Source: Carcharhinus longimanus
Lineage: Eukaryota
NCBI GenBank assembly: GCA_030264375.1
Contig: JASCQW010000043.1
Location: 50,254,032-50,317,919 of the forward strand
DNA: 63,888 nucleotides
Reading direction: 5' to 3'
Both the position numbers and the translations under genes were made by a program. Shown here piece after piece: positions 38,375-51,864 of this stretch (its first letter is position 1; each line of letters opens with the position of its first letter). A model generated the notes under the pieces. The model did no database searches. It saw only the letters and a list, made by a program, of their open reading frames with translations, and had not been told where the DNA came from.

Positions 38375-38699
38375 AGACAATAATTTCTCCCTCAATGTCA
38401 ACAAAATGAAGGAGATTGTCATCGACTTTAGGAAGTGTAAAGGAGAACATGCCCCTGTCTACATCAATAAGGATGAAGTAGAAAGGATCAAGAGCTTCAA
38501 GTAATTAGGTGTCCAGATCACCAACAACTGTCCTGGTCTCCCCATGCTGACACTATAGTTAAGAAAGCCCACCAACGCCTCCACTTTCTCAGAAGACTAA
38601 GAAAATTTGGTAGGTCAGCTGCGACTCTCACCAACTTTTACAGATGCACCATAGAAAGTATTCTTTCTGGTTGTATCACAGCTTGGTATGGCTCCTGCT
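38375..38699 (+). mobile_element. Rex1/Babar-like LINE fragment (5'-truncated)
   Basis: Closely matches 13855-14180 (aacaaaatgaaggagattgtcatc…atagttaagaaagcccaccaa…tatggctcctgc). Confidence 0.85.
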
Positions 38700-40849
38700 N
38701 NNNNNNNNNNNNNNNNNNNNNNNNNNNNNNNNNNNNNNNNNNNNNNNNNNNNNNNNNNNNNNNNNNNNNNNNNNNNNNNNNNNNNNNNNNNNNNNNNNNN
38801 NNNNNNNNNNNNNNNNNNNNNNNNNNNNNNNNNNNNNNNNNNNNNNNNNNNNNNNNNNNNNNNNNNNNNNNNNNNNNNNNNNNNNNNNNNNNNNNNNNNN
38901 NNNNNNNNNNNNNNNNNNNNNNNNNNNNNNNNNNNNNNNNNNNNNNNNNNNNNNNNNNNNNNNNNNNNNNNNNNNNNNNNNNNNNNNNNNNNNNNNNNNN
39001 NNNNNNNNNNNNNNNNNNNNNNNNNNNNNNNNNNNNNNNNNNNNNNNNNNNNNNNNNNNNNNNNNNNNNNNNNNNNNNNNNNNNNNNNNNNNNNNNNNNN
39101 NNNNNNNNNNNNNNNNNNNNNNNNNNNNNNNNNNNNNNNNNNNNNNNNNNNNNNNNNNNNNNNNNNNNNNNNNNNNNNNNNNNNNNNNNNNNNNNNNNNN
39201 NNNNNNNNNNNNNNNNNNNNNNNNNNNNNNNNNNNNNNNNNNNNNNNNNNNNNNNNNNNNNNNNNNNNNNNNNNNNNNNNNNNNNNNNNNNNNNNNNNNN
39301 NNNNNNNNNNNNNNNNNNNNNNNNNNNNNNNNNNNNNNNNNNNNNNNNNNNNNNNNNNNNNNNNNCTCATGCTACCAAATAAATCGGTTGGACTTTAACC
39401 TGGTGTTGTGAGACTTCTTACTATTCTAAGCCCCACAAGCCCAAACTGATGGCCTTTTTTTTGAATGCTACAAAACAGCTTCTACTTCATCCTTCCATTA
39501 AAAGCAGCCACGTTTTCACAATATGACAATGTTTGTGACTTTCTCAATTTATTTTTTTTTAATTAGTACTCTTCTTTGATAAATTCTGGAGTGGTTCATA
39601 ATTGAAATATGCTTCCATTGCCTTCCTCTCAGCTATCCTCTGGACTCTAAATCCAGTTTCAGTTCCCCAAGCTGTACTGAGACTACAGTGGTTATTCATA
39701 AAGACTGTGCAATTAGGACAATGATCTTGACATCATTGTCTACCCTCTGAGATCTCTTTGCAGTCGTTGATGCCAGTGAGGATCTCGTCTGCCATAGCAT
39801 TTCTCCTTCAGTCCACTTCTTCCCTGATTGAACTTAGAGATGTCACAGACTATGTCTCCATCAGTCTCTATACAGCCACATAGGACACAATTCTTGGTGT
39901 CCTTATATTAAACAAATATAAGCTACCTATCAATTAAATCATCCAGAAACCTGTGTTAACAACATCTTAATGTCAATTTACCATCCTATGTTTCTGAAAT
40001 TTGTACCCCTTTTTCAAATACAGAGACATCAAGAGGAGATGTCTCAAATGTCATCCCTCATTCTGTTACACAATTTGTGGAGGGTCAAGACTCTATCTCA
40101 ATCCCAGGGAAACTCCATGCATAACTCTGTTATTGGATGATTAACTGCAAGAATTTCATTTATTTTCAAATCTTTTCATCACCTACTTTAAAGCCTATTT
40201 TGTTGGAACAATCTTGCAACCATTTTTTTTGTATGCATTCATGGGATTTGGGCATCATTGGCAAGACCAGCTTTTATTACCCATCCTTAATTGCCTGTGG
40301 AAAGGCAGCGGTGAGTCACCTTAAATCCATTGTAATATATGTGGTGAAGGTACACCTACTGTGATATTTGGGAGTTTATTCCAAGATTTGGACCCAGGCA
40401 CGATGAGGGAACAGTTTGTGGGTTGAAGGAAAAGTATGTGAGTTGGATGGGGGCTTCACTTCTGACCTTCTGATAAGGGTGAGGGGTAGGGAAGATCACT
40501 GATGAAATAGCTGAAGAAGGTTGGATGTCAGCATTGCCTTGTGATACATCTGCTGCGATGTCCTGAGGTTGAGATGATTGGGCAGGATATTTCATATGTC
40601 CTGACATTCATCTCGCCCTCTCAGACATTGAATTATTCCTTGTTTCTTGCGCCTTCTGCTCCATTGGAATTTTCTATGTGATGAGATGGCTCGCCATTGG
40701 CTGGTGGCAGGATATTCTAGTCCTGCCATGGTCAACAAGGTTTCCCATTGAATGTACCCCTAACTGCCAGCAAACCCAAGGTGGGAGTGAGCTGTCAGCA
40801 GGGCTGGAAGATCCTGCCGGTGTGAATGGGTGCAAAATTCCAGCTGTCA

Positions 40850-41310
40850 TCTGCTGATGAGGTACATTATAGCCTTCTGGACTCAACATTGAGTTCAACA
40901 ACTTTAGACAGTGACTTCCCCCTCCGTTTTAAACCTCACCACCATCCCGCACCCCCCATCCCACTTTTGTAGTTGTTGTCTGTTGTTTTTCAGTTCCTTG
41001 GCCTACACCAACACAACCTTACTCCTCCCTCACTTGGCCACTTATCCCTGGCTGTGCAGTTGCTCCCATTAACGAATTCTGCTATCTCACCTTTTGCCAC
41101 CATTTGCACTCTTCATCACTTAATGGCACCGTCAATGCTCCCTTTTATCTTATTTCCATGACAAATTTGTAAATATCTCTTTTGCTCTGACCTACCTCTA
41201 GTCATCTATTCTGTCTCACTCCCTTCCCAACTATATAATTCTGTACATTTCTACATTTCTTCTGTTCTGTAGATGAGTCATTTAGATCCGAAGCATAACT
41301 CTGCATCAAC
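40850..41310 (+). mobile_element. Penelope-like 3' fragment
   Basis: ccttctggactcaacattgagttcaacaactttaga (PSGLNIEFNNFR) and a degenerate hammerhead-like gatgagtcatttagatccgaagc near 41272. Confidence 0.6.
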
Positions 41311-41975
41311 TATCCCCTGAGCCACTTGTTTCAGAACCTCAGCGTGAAATCCAAGGGACTTGTCAACCCACAGACCCAACAATTTGCTCAGTACCATTTT
41401 CCTGGTGTTATGTTGAGCTGTTCTGTGTCTTGAAGGTCTATATGGTTGTTCTATTGAGCATGTGATACACCAGGCTAACAGATTATTCCGGGAATGGTGG
41501 AAATAACACGGTAACAATGATTTTTGATAAATTGCAAAGTAAGTGAAAATAGTTAATGATGTAAAGCAATTCGATAATTTGTAAATTGGGGATTGTTAGG
41601 GATTTGCCTGAGGGACAGGAGATCAGAAATTTAGGTTTGCACATACCATACAGAGTTAACATCACAAAGTGTTGGTTGGCATCTTCAATTATTAAACTTT
41701 TTTTTTCTTTTATTATGATTCTTGGGGAATGTAGATATTTATCTGTTGTCTTATATGTTGTAGCCTCTGTTACAATGCAACTATTCAAATAGAAACACAC
41801 CTCCTTCCAAATAGGTGATGGATTGAAAATATTTGAACAACTAATGTCACTATCAGGGGAAGTAAATACCTATTTTAAAATGATTTTATTGCAAAGTGTG
41901 TCACCTTGAAAGTTCATGTGAGAAAACAAAAATGTGTCATTTGGGAATAAATCCTCTGCCAGTACAAACACACAT

Positions 41976-43385
41976 TTACTGTCAGGCTCTCGGCTGTCAA
42001 AACCGAATTAACAACAAATACAAGTTTTCTAATATACATTTCTGAAGGGGACATGATGCAGATTATCAGTGTGACTTTTGAAGAAATTGGTGAAATTAAG
42101 CCCTTTTAGTGAATCATGTGATTTAAAAAACTGTGAATGAATGCCTTGAATATAATTTCCATGCTGCTTACTTTTGCAGGAATGTGCCTGGTCTTTTGCT
42201 GTTGAGATGACCTTCACAGTAGTCATTTGCAACCATATGTTGTATGGGAATATGACACCTGAACAAACAGTTTAAGAAAAAGCCGCTTGATCAATTTTGT
42301 GACTGCTTGGGTTTTAACACTATTTGTCTCAGGTCATTCTCTAGCAAAGGTCTGTTTTTTTCAATACAATGGGTATGTGTTCTTTATTTTGGTTTCACTC
42401 CTTTGAAATCTCCTTCAGAAAGCAAATAGCGATTTTAAGATTACAATGCTGTAGCTTAGGTTGCACTTTGAATATAAATAAGAATATTTTACAGAAAGTA
42501 ATGCATTTAAATATGACTTTTACTGGGAGTATAAAGTTCAAGGAAAGGGCGATTTTGTTTTTGGAATGGAGTTCACAGATGGTTCCGGATGAGAATGCTA
42601 TACCTTAAGACTTTCACTGTTGGGTTGCCGGATGATTACAACTGATAAACATGATTCGATCAACTAAACAAAATGCCAATGATCCTGGATGTGTACCAGA
42701 TGTCTGCAACTCAAATCATATCTCTTCTATCTGGAAGCAATGTACTTTGCACTGGCAAAGTCTTTGCTTGAGGAAAACTGCTAGCTGATAGGTTGAAATT
42801 AGCTGGAGAATTTTTGTCCCATGGCAGGTCATTCACGAATAAAAATGNNNNNNNNNNNNNNNNNNNNNNNNNNNNNNCACACTGGCCAAATAACTGCAAT
42901 GGGTTAGCACCATACTCAGTAATATTTTATTTCAACTGGGTTACTGACATAATTTTAATAACAGACAGGAATTTTACACCACACAATTTGGATTTATAAA
43001 ACACCTTTAACATGATAAAAAAACCTCAAGGCACAAATATCACAGAGGTGTAATAAAACACAGTGCATTCGTGTATTTATTCCTAACTGTTTCACCCACT
43101 AGAATACTATGTTCAGCTTTGGTCACCGTGCCACAAAAAATACAGAAGTTGGAAAGGGTGCAGAGAAGAGCAATAAAGCTGACTTGAAATATAATTGCAG
43201 TGGGTTATGAGGAAAGATTGAGTTTAAACTTTGCAGTCCAGAAAGAAAGCTTACTGTCAGGATCTCAGCTGTCAAAACTGAATTAACAACAAATACAAGT
43301 TTTCTAATATACATTTCTGAAGGGGACATGGTGCAGATTATCAGTGTGACTTTTGAAGAAATGGGTGAAATTAAGCCCTTTTAGT
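41976..43385 (+). repeat. 135-bp dispersed direct repeat (41976-42110 and 43251-43385)
   Basis: The two copies differ at 5 positions by manual alignment. Confidence 0.92.
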
Positions 43386-43542
43386 AAGCTTTGAAAATTA
43401 ACTATCAACAAAAAAACCTCCAGCATAATGCAGGGCTATGGTGAAAGGGCTGGTGAGTACATGGACTAGCTGATTGCTCTTTCAGAGAAGCAGGGACACG
43501 ATGAGCCAAATGGTCTTCTTCCATGCTGTAATGATTCTGTTA
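43095..43542 (+). mobile_element. Old CR1 3' fragment hosting the 135-bp copy
   Basis: ctagaatactatgttcagctttggtcaccg (LEYYVQLWSP), LERVQRRA, YEERL and a CR1 tail ccaaatggtcttcttccatgctgtaatgattct. Confidence 0.75.
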
Positions 43543-44574
43543 GTGTTTTCTCCTTTGTGAACAGCAACTCACTATCTAAATTGTGAGCATCCAATATTTT
43601 GAAATGCCCAATTTCTGAGAAGGCAATTTTTTGGAGGTTATTAATTGTTAAGGTGATTGAGGGTAATCTACCAGAAGTCCATTACCTACTGGTACAAGTA
43701 TAGTAAACTCAAATTGTTCCTACAGGTAAAACAGCAAAGGAGAATCAATGACAAAGATGAAGATTAACTCAAAGCAATTTACCAAGAAGAACTTCTTTAT
43801 TCAAAGAAGCAAGAAAAGTTGAGTGGTTCAGGTTGAGAAGACAAGACCGCAGTGCAAAACACCATCAAAGTCCAAAACAATAATGTTAAATGGATACCAT
43901 ATCAGGAACCTAGTGATTATGAATGGGAAAGAATGACTCTCCTGTTTCCTGTTCCAATTTCAATTTCACCTGATAATCAAACTCCTGGCAGATCAACTGC
44001 AAGAACATTTGCACCTACTGTGTGACCTCTGCTTTTACCACATCATCAATCCAGCCAAAGTATCAACTCAATGAAGAAACATCAGGCCTGTACCAAAATT
44101 GAGCCTGAGTCAAATTCCATTTTCATAATTTACTGTTTTACCTTCATCTGTATCTAATTTTGTGTGCACGTGAAAGTGTGGGTGAATTAAGTGAATGAGA
44201 TGTGAACTTTTCATTAACCTCTGATACAGATTTGTGTGAAATGAAACAATCTGTCAATTTTTTAACGCACAAAAGCTTGCTGCTGGTTTATTAAAAATTG
44301 AGTCAACCACTTCGAAAATAAGAAAATACACACATCTGCACGCAGATATATTAACCACGGGCAAATAAAAGGAAACACCTAAAATTGATCCATAACAGTA
44401 CTATGTTCATTCCAGATTGTTTCCCAAGACTCTCATTGATTGACTTTCCTGGATATCTTATGAAGTGGGAGAAGGCTTATAAGTTATCCTGCAAATGTCT
44501 TTTTCCCCAGGCTGCCCTTCAGTGATTGAACACCTCTCAGATGTTGGCATGCTGTGAAGAAAGAGGTTTATAGT

Positions 44575-45120
44575 GTTAGCTGCAGCTCACTTTGTAGCAT
44601 GTTGTAGCTTCAGCAAAGTGATGGAAGGTGTCATTGACAGTTCCAACAAGCAGCACTTGCTCAGCAATAACTTGCTTACTGATGTTCAGTTTGAGTCTAG
44701 ACCTCATCACAGTCTTGGTCCAATTCTTACAACACTTTTCTGATGATTGGGAGTAGATTGATGGAGAACTAATTAGCTGGATTGCATTTGGTTTTTGTGG
44801 ACAGCACACTCTGAGCAATTTTTCACCAGGCTGAGTAAATATAGGTGTTGTAGTTGTACTAGAACATTTTGATTAGGGATGTGTCTAGTTCTAGAGATGT
44901 CTGCTCATTGCAACAGCTGGTATGTTGTCTCAGGGCCCATTCCTTCAGTCATTTCTTGATATTACATGGAGTGAACTTAAGTGACTAAAGACTGACATCT
45001 GTGATGACATGGACCTCAGGAGGCTAAGACAGATCATCCACTTGGTACTTCTGGCTGAAAATGGTTGTAAATATTACAGCTTTTGTCTTTTGCACTGACA
45101 TACTGGGCTGCCCCTTCCTT
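44575..45120. mobile_element. Old LINE RT fragments (CR1/L2-group), apparently rearranged
   Basis: SKVMEGVIDSSNKQHLLSNNLLTDVQF on the plus strand (~44612-44692). The remainder resembles the fragments at 2570-2630 and 2935-3030. Confidence 0.5.
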
Positions 45121-46353
45121 GTGTTTTGTATTTAACCATGTTCAATCTTTACTTACACAATCTGTACTTCCAGCAGTGGCGGTCTATCGACTGATGAATG
45201 CAAAGGAGATTGTTAATGATGATGAATGCATGGTAACCAGTGTTTGCAAAGGTAGAAAGGGGTGCAAGGCCTTGCTCTTCAGAAACCTTCTCTACCATAT
45301 CCTGTCTTGAAGACACTGGGTGTATATATTTTAATGCTTGGACAGTTAGTTCTTATAATGGGAAGTTGTAATAGATGAAAAGATTGAGCAATACATAGAA
45401 CCAAAGGGTATGTGTTCTCCTGAGTTCATTGAAGGCACATAGATACTTATATCTACCCTCACAGGCTAAAATTAGTGGTAATGACAATGGAAATGGTAAT
45501 GGTAACGACAATCTTTGCTTCCTATATCAAATTCCTGTGTCAAACATCATCACAATGGTCTGATCTTCCCTGGAATTATGCCCTATGTTCTCCTGCAGGA
45601 GAAATGCATGGTGTTAATTGCTTGATGCAGTGTCCAGATCCTGCAGTGATCATCAACCTAGATTTATCAAACAGATGGCAGTAAGAGTAGGTGTAAGAGA
45701 GTAAGCACCTCGGTTGTGAGATTTTGGTGTGACAGCATTAACTACACTATGTGAAATGTTGAACGTAAGTGCTGCCAAATGACTTTACTTCAAGGATAAG
45801 GGACACCCTAAATGTACTGCTTGTTTATTGTGCTCGAGAATGCCCATTTTCCTCCATATAATTAGCTTATCTTCCCAGGTATTCATCTGAAAACACTCTT
45901 ACATTTATTGACCAAGTGAACTCATTAAACTCCACTATAATAGTGTCTTTGGGGTTATGCAAGTCCCACAGATCATCACAGCCAACTCCATCGTTGCATG
46001 TTTTGGTTCTTCCCTCATACACTGACAGTTTCCCATTTTAGCCAGGAGCATGACTACAGCAGCCAATGAAAAGTTAATAGCTTGTGTTTTTCCTTCATTA
46101 ACACTTAGTGATTAACTCCCTCTTTCAAGAGGCTTTTTGGCCCTTTAACTCATGCAGCAGACTTGCTGCACCACTTCAAAAATTTTCCAGCTGCATCTGC
46201 TTCACTGCTGCCACAACCCCTGCGATTGTACCTGCAACATTATTTACATTCTGAGGGAGTCAGTCTGTTCCAATTTCTTTGGACATCCACGCTGCTCTGT
46301 TGCACAGGTAATGCAGATGTCATGCTCACCAGGGTCAGGTGAATTGAATTATT

Positions 46354-47520
46354 GGGGGCGATTCTCCCAAAAGTGCCTAATTAGTGGGAAGATTGTTCTA
46401 GATCATGACTGTTTTCTCAGTTCAACTTCACACTCGAATCGCCCCACTCTGTGCACTGCAAAGGCCCCAGTTGTGAATATCATTAAAAACCTGGGAGGGT
46501 GGGGCCTATTTGCACCAGAGTCTGACAGTTCTGGCATTCTGCACATGTGCAGTGGTCCTGATCTGTCAGGCACCCTGTTTGCTGGCCAGCTTGATCACTG
46601 GTCAGCCTGGGAACCCCCTGCAATGCTGCCACACCACCCCCACCGCCCCCCCCCATGGCCCGATCGCGGCTCCCATGACAATTTCTGGGATAGCCACGAC
46701 ACCTCCCACCCTGGTGCACCCCGATGTCCAGCCCCTCCCCCAAGTAGTGGCAATACCCCCAGCGCTGGCAGATTCTCCCCCCCACTGCCGCCCCCTGGGA
46801 TCAGATCCCCCCAACAGGAGGCAGCCCCCCCAACACACCACCACTGCCCCCCAGCTCCCCAGTCGCTGGCTTCCCTTCAGCCCAGACNNNNNNNNNNNNN
46901 NNNNNNNNNNNNNNNNNNNNNNNNNNNNNNNNNNNNNNNNNNNNNNNNNNNNNNNNNNNNNNNNNNNNNNNNNNNNNNNNNNNNNNNAATATGGGAACAC
47001 CCCCATCCCACCAGTTGCCCCTAGGCCCTGCCCACAATAGGCCCCACCACATGGCACTGCCCGCAGTGCCAAGGTGCCCTCTGGGCATGGAAACTTTGCC
47101 CCTTGGGCATTGCCAGGGGCTCAGGCTGGCACTGTCAAGGTGCCTGTGCCCAGGGCGCATCCACCTGCTGCCCGACCCCCTGGGGGGCCCTGATTGCTCT
47201 CCCCTTCATTCTGGCGGGGTCTCCCGCTAGTTGCCCGAATGTGGGGAGCTATTCTCAATCCTGCCAGAATGAAGTATTTCTGGCGGGGTGGGAGATTCAA
47301 TTGGCAAGTTCCCGATAATCACATGCAAAACATATTAAAAAAGGATTTAAATCACTTACCTATCTTTCCGACACCCCCTGGGACTCTGACTGGTCTCCGG
47401 TTCTGAGAGATGTGCATGCATTCCTGGCATATGCGCAAATCCCGGAAGAAGTCCGACAGTGCGATTCTCCCGACTGGACCTGCCAGAAAAGTTGTTGGTC
47501 ACGATGGGAGAATCGGGCCC
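46354..47520. mobile_element. Non-autonomous DNA transposon (MITE, Harbinger-like) with TIRs and TSD
   Basis: Left gggggcgattctccc and right gggagaatcgggccc are 13/15 inverted matches. att (extendable to attatt) flanks both ends. GC-rich non-coding interior. Confidence 0.8.
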
Positions 47521-49089
47521 ATTATTCCGTTCTTCTGCCCATGGTGGCAGTAGTTGTAATTCCTAGCTTAATGTGTTTCCCTTCGTATCTTTTCCCTCGT
47601 TGAAATGGGCCATGTGTGTTTCCCAAACCGCGATTTATGAGGTTCAGTGTTAAAAATAGCCCCAAAGCAAATTCCTTGAGGTGAAACAAAGCCAGGATTT
47701 ATTNNNNNNNNNNACATTCCCTTTCACTAGCACAAGGTAGAAAGGCAGAGAAAAAAAAGGAAAGAGGTTAAAAATTGTGAGTTACTTAAAGATTCATTAG
47801 AAGTTATTGGCATTAATTAACATGAGTAGTGCGCAGTAAGTCAATGTCCATTGAAATTTCTTTCAGGTGGCTTTGTCCAGCAGAGTTCCTGGTCTTGATC
47901 CAAGAAACTCAGTTGCAGGTTGAAGATGCAGCAATGTATTTTATTCTGGGAATTATTTCGCTCTGAAAGTGAAATACAAATTTCCTTCTGGAGATCTGAC
48001 TTTGAGAGAGATGGAGTCAGAGGCAGGCCTGGAGTCATTTTTTTTCTCCTGAGCTTAAACTGCAACTGAAAACATAATCCAGAGCTGTATAATGAAAGTA
48101 CATTTAATGTAAACATCGCAGGTCTTGGTTAAGTGACAAAGTGGTTTCAAGTTGAGCCATTTAGTCCACCATCTTCACTGAGGATCCTTGCTAAACCTCA
48201 TTGTACTGTGAGCAGGAAGCAATGGAATCATTAGTGCATCATTGAAGATGAGGAATCAAAAATGCCTCTGCCCTTTTCCAGAACTGGCTGGTAAAAATGT
48301 GTTGGCTTAGCTCAAAGATAACTGAGGGCAATAGTTAGACTTCTAAGAAACATCAACAAATTCAGGTAAAGTTTCTGCAGGGTTCCTCATTTTCTGACTG
48401 CAGCTTGGGAAAGCCCTGGAGAAATGGCTAAAGCTATGACAGGAAATCTGGATATAACTGATGAGAATTAGAAAGAAGTAGGATGTTCATTGCTTAATTT
48501 AAAGTCATGAAAATCATCAAGATGTAGAAATTAAACTATTGTACTCATGCAGAATGGAACTTGTAAGCATGGGTATGTGAGCTGAAGAAAATAAATGAAT
48601 ATAAGGAGAAATAACTGGCAAAACACAAAATGGATAGTTTTGAATAGGAGGTTACTGATGAAGATAGAACATAACAGGAGGGCAGACAGACATCTATGGA
48701 TCATTTGAGTTAGTGGATCCACCAACCGCAGCATAAATGGGACAAATGAAGAGGAACCCAAGTAGTTACAGAAATTAAGAGGGAAGCCTCAAAACTGTGA
48801 TTTGATTAGAAATTCCTGTCAAAGGATAGGAAGACCCTTAAGGCACATAGGATGATTAACAAGATGTTTAAGAGCCAAGTTCCATAGATGTGTAACATTG
48901 ATAATTGAAGATGGATCAGGAGCATGGATAAGATAAGAATTAACAGCTCTTTCAAAATTTAGAAAACAAAAGGATAGTAGTACAAAAGTATGAGAGAATT
49001 ACCTTTCATTGTAGGCTGAACGTATACGATTACCATAGAGGTAGAAATATTAAGGCAATGGAAAAAGGACCATATCTTTTGAGGATAAC

Positions 49090-50070
49090 AAATGCCATGT
49101 AAATGCTGAAAGATCTGACAAATAAAAACAATAAGTCTTGGGAAAAATCAGCAGGTCTGCCGACATCTGTGGAGAGAGAAACAGAATTGACATTTTGAGT
49201 CAAAATGACTCTTCTTCAGAACTGATGGAAGGTAGAAATGTGATAAGCTTTATGCTGTTGAAAGAGGGGACGAGGAGGGAAAATTAAAGAGGAAGGTCTG
49301 GGATGGGCTAGAGGGTGGGTGAAGTTAAATGACAAAGCTATCATGGAACAAAACACAAGGGAATAGTAATGTTTGTAGCAAAGAAACAATTACTTTGTCC
49401 AGACTGAGTGTAAATTACAGAATAATGAACAGCTTTGTAAGAAAGGTTCATACCAGCACATGGCAAGAAAAGAATCAAAATTGGGTACAGCAGGGGTTCT
49501 GTGGTCTGAAAAGTTTGGAAAGCTCGGGGGTACAGAATTCATGGCCTAAAATCATTAAATCCAATGCCGAGTCCAGAAGGCTGTGAATTGCCTAGTTGGA
49601 AAATAACGTTCTGTCCTCAAGTTTGGGTTGAGCTTCACTGGAACATGGGAGCAGGCGGAGGTTGGAAATATGAGCATGAGAGCAAGCTGGTGAGTTAAAA
49701 TGGGAAGTAACCGGAAGCTTGGGGTTATGCTTGCAGACTGAACAGAGGTATTCCACAATCTGCGTTTGGTCTCCTCAGTGTATTGGATACTGCATTGTGA
49801 GAAGCAAACACAGAATAATAAATTGAAAAATGTATAACTCAATCACTGCTTCACCTGTAAGGAATATTTGGGGCTTTGAACAGTGAGGAGAGAGGAGGTA
49901 AAAGGGTAGGGTTAAACCTGTGATTACATAGAATGGACGAGGTGTTGGGGGGGTGGTGCGGGAGGGAGGTTGTTGATTGAAGACTGGATTAGGGTGTTGA
50001 AGAGGGAATACTCCATTCAGAATTCTGACAGGGAATTGGAGAAGAAGATGTGTTTAGTGAAGATCTATTA
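49090..50070 (-). mobile_element. Penelope-like 3' fragment with terminal repeat
   Basis: 49540-49900 is homologous to 6110-6480. Minus-strand ctgaaga-agagtcattttgactc-aaaa near 49195-49222 is a hammerhead-like remnant. Confidence 0.65.
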
Positions 50071-50969
50071 GACTTGACAAATAATCAACCTTGATGTCAA
50101 TTATGAAGAATGAAGACAATGAACAACAGTGCCATTAAAATAGCAGAATGAATGCTTTAATATAGGTCTGTTAAATGTTCATATGTTTAGAAATGATTGC
50201 TGCTTATATTTTAAGTAGGTTAAGGCAGTCATTAAAGTAATGGAAGTGTGAACTGTTGTACAGACATGTTAAGCACCAACAATAATTTGTGGCCTAAAAT
50301 TGCTCGCTAGGGTAGAGATTCTGAAAGGTGTTGTAAAATCTTTTTCTCCAAAATGAAGCCTAAGATTGCCTTTTTACACATCACCAAGTTATCAGTCCTG
50401 GAAGCATTGTTTGCTGAACTGTTCCCTAAAGATAAATCTCTGGCCTCTCTCCTTTTTCAGTGCACTGCAAATGGTCCATTACATATATACTAAATTGCCA
50501 TTAATGACATGGTCAATTACAATTGGACACATGACCCCTTTTCCTGCTGTCCGCAGCCTTGAATGCTTCAGTGATAGTGAGACTGAAGAATCAATCATTG
50601 CTTTACAGTTACCACGAATGAAGGCACCATATCTAAGAAAGATTGGTGATAATTTTCAGGAGTTATTATCTGAGCTTTCTGTTCATGCACCCATGATTTC
50701 CCTGTTCATTAAGGTGAATGGAGGGCAGATTGTGAGCTTGTGAGCATGCTGTAGAGATCCTAACTCCAGCTTGGCTGATACATGAGAGAAATAATAATAT
50801 GGATTCCCTGAAAACTATCCCCTCATCTCCAACCTTTCCTCTCCAAAGTCCTCAAATACTTTTTCTCCTCATAAATCCATGCCATTTTCGCTGGGACTCC
50901 AGTGAACTTACTTTGTGAACTCCTGGGTAATTGCTTTTACCCCTACTGACTCATTCACCAAGGTGCCAG

Positions 50970-51468
50970 GATCATAGGAAATAGGATTAAGGAGGAGGCC
51001 ATTCAGCCCCTTGAGCATGTTTCACCAACCACTTAGATCATGACTGACCTTCTACCCCAAAGCCATTTTCTTGCATGATTCCCACACCTCTTGGTATCCT
51101 TAATATCCAACAATTCACCACCCTCTGAGTGAATAAACTCCAACTCAAGTGCAATTCTCCAGCCTTGCCCAGAGTTGTGATTCTCCAATCCCACTGCAGT
51201 GAATGAAGATTTGGCTGAGTGCCAAATTTGCCATTCTCACTGGCAGTGGGGCATGCAAGGCCGCAGAATTCCAGCCCTTATCTCAGTTCTAAATGACCTA
51301 CCATTCATTCTGAGTCTGTGTCCTCTGATTCGAGACTCCCTCAACCAGGGGAAACATCCTTCCTACACCTACCTTATCGTAACCTATAAGAATTTTGCAT
51401 ACATCAATGAAATCTTCTCTCGTTCTCATAAATGTTGGTCTAACCTCCTCAATTTCTCCTCATAAGAC
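50970..51468 (-). mobile_element. CR1 3' fragment with a short MITE-like insert (~51150-51277)
   Basis: ataggaaataggattaaggaggaggccattcagcccc tail and ttctcctcataagac. The insert is bounded by gcaattctcc…gcagaattccagcc. Confidence 0.7.
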
Positions 51469-51552
51469 ATAGAAGAACTTTGTGCAGGAGAAGGGTGTTT
51501 AGTGCTTTGTGTGAGGGAACAAAGACAGTGGGTGTGGCCCTTTTACAGATAA

Positions 51553-51863
51553 AGGCACTGTGGTTAGCACTGCTGCCTCACAGCGCCAGGGACCCAGCGC
51601 CAATTCGGCTTCAGGTGGCTGTCTGTGTGGAGTTTGCACCTTCTCCCCATGTCTGCGTGGGTCTCCTCTGGGTGCTCTGGTTTCCTCTCTCAGTCCAAAG
51701 ATGTGCAGGTTAGGTTGATTGGCCATGCTAAATTTCCCCCAGTGTCAAGGGGATTAGCAGGGTAAATATGTGGGGTTATGGGAATAAGGCCTGGGTGAGA
51801 TAGTGGTCGGTATAGACACGATGGGCTAAATGGTGTCCATCTGTACTGTAGTGATGCTATGAA
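51553..51863 (+). mobile_element. HE1/V-SINE-like SINE, CR1-like tail
   Basis: gtggttagcactgctgcctcacagcgccagggaccc…gggctaaatggtgtccatctgtactgtagtgatgctatga. Confidence 0.88.
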
Positions 51864-51864
51864 T

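Noticed and set aside
43720-44400. Possible solo LTR (also 47620-48300)
   Set aside because: The composition is suggestive, but I could not establish TG…CA ends, a TSD or a second copy.
46152-47160. 290-aa and overlapping Pro/Gly-rich ORFs
   Set aside because: They lie in the GC-rich interior of a TIR-bounded MITE and cross a gap. No domain motifs or splice structure.
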